Of a DNA stretch of 64,000 nucleotides, positions 63,747 through 64,000 are shown in pieces; the first letter of the stretch is position 1; the number at the start of each line of letters is the position of its first letter. A program made the position numbers and the translations under genes. The stretch comes from Candidatus Gottesmanbacteria bacterium (GTDB lineage Bacteria > Patescibacteriota > Microgenomatia > UBA10105 > UBA927): NCBI GenBank assembly GCA_030679255.1, contig JAUXTO010000022.1, positions 128,915 to 192,914 on the forward strand. Direction: 5' to 3'. Under the pieces are notes generated by a model, which did no database searches, was not told where the DNA came from, and worked only from the letters and a program-made list of their open reading frames with translations.

Positions 63747-64000
63747 GGTTGTTCCGGCGTTTTGTTTTCGATTGGTAGTATTTGTTGATTGGTAGTATTT
63801 GTCGGATTGAAGTGCTCCGGCTGCGGTATGCCGGGATTATAGACGGAAAAAAACAATCGCGCGAGTTGATCGCTGGTCAGCTGTTTTCCGCGCAGCCCAA
63901 TGCGCGTCAAGAGCCGCAAAACATGATCCCTTTTTGGTGTAAGCACGGTTAATGCTTTTTCATAAATATATTCTTTATCATAGGGGAGACCGCGTTTTTT
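63743..64000 (-). CDS. 3' end of the gene upstream of the VirB4-like ATPase (partial)
   Basis: Frame open to the window edge; L.RIGL...QL....L..LF...YNP; ATGA overlap. Confidence 0.75.
   Translation of the reverse strand, partial: KKRGLPYDKEYIYEKALTVLTPKRDHVLRLLTRIGLRGKQLTSDQLARLFFSVYNPGIPQPEHFNPTNTTNQQILPIENKTPEQP

Noticed and set aside
57652-64000. Conjugative element inserted next to dnaN
   Set aside because: No relaxase, integrase or att site visible; VirB4-like plus M23 genes appear to be a resident locus in this kind of genome
1-64000. tRNA, rRNA or alternative genetic code
   Set aside because: No tRNA/rRNA signatures noticed by eye; TGA terminates conserved genes normally (nadE, yidC, epmA)

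Overview
Chromosomal window around the replication origin of a reduced-genome bacterium. Gene content (DUF4012, rpmH-rnpA-yidD-yidC-jag, VirB4-like ATPase with an M23 peptidase, few Shine-Dalgarno sites) suggests Patescibacteria/CPR, probably Microgenomates; this is inference. Layout: TA pair, AAA ATPase and housekeeping genes (0-14 kb); an NAD+ salvage gene run containing a TIR gene and a TA pair (14-19 kb); the jag-yidC-yidD-rnpA-rpmH operon with an inserted four-helix-bundle gene (19-22 kb); about 33 kb of accessory DNA between rpmH and dnaA; then dnaA-oriC-dnaN and an intein-containing VirB4-like ATPase. The accessory DNA holds a three-gene caspase-fold cassette between duplicated gene 3' ends, a repeat-delimited array of TA cassettes with several crippled toxins, and a strand-alternating glycan locus. 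That locus includes two short YxKP peptide ORFs, absent from the ORF track, coupled to a PqqD/RRE gene. Throughout 5-25 kb, 30-36 bp palindromes and inverted 7-9 bp tandem arrays sit in-frame inside housekeeping genes. No rRNA, tRNA, CRISPR array, integrase or transposase was seen. All calls come from reading motifs by eye; no searches were run.
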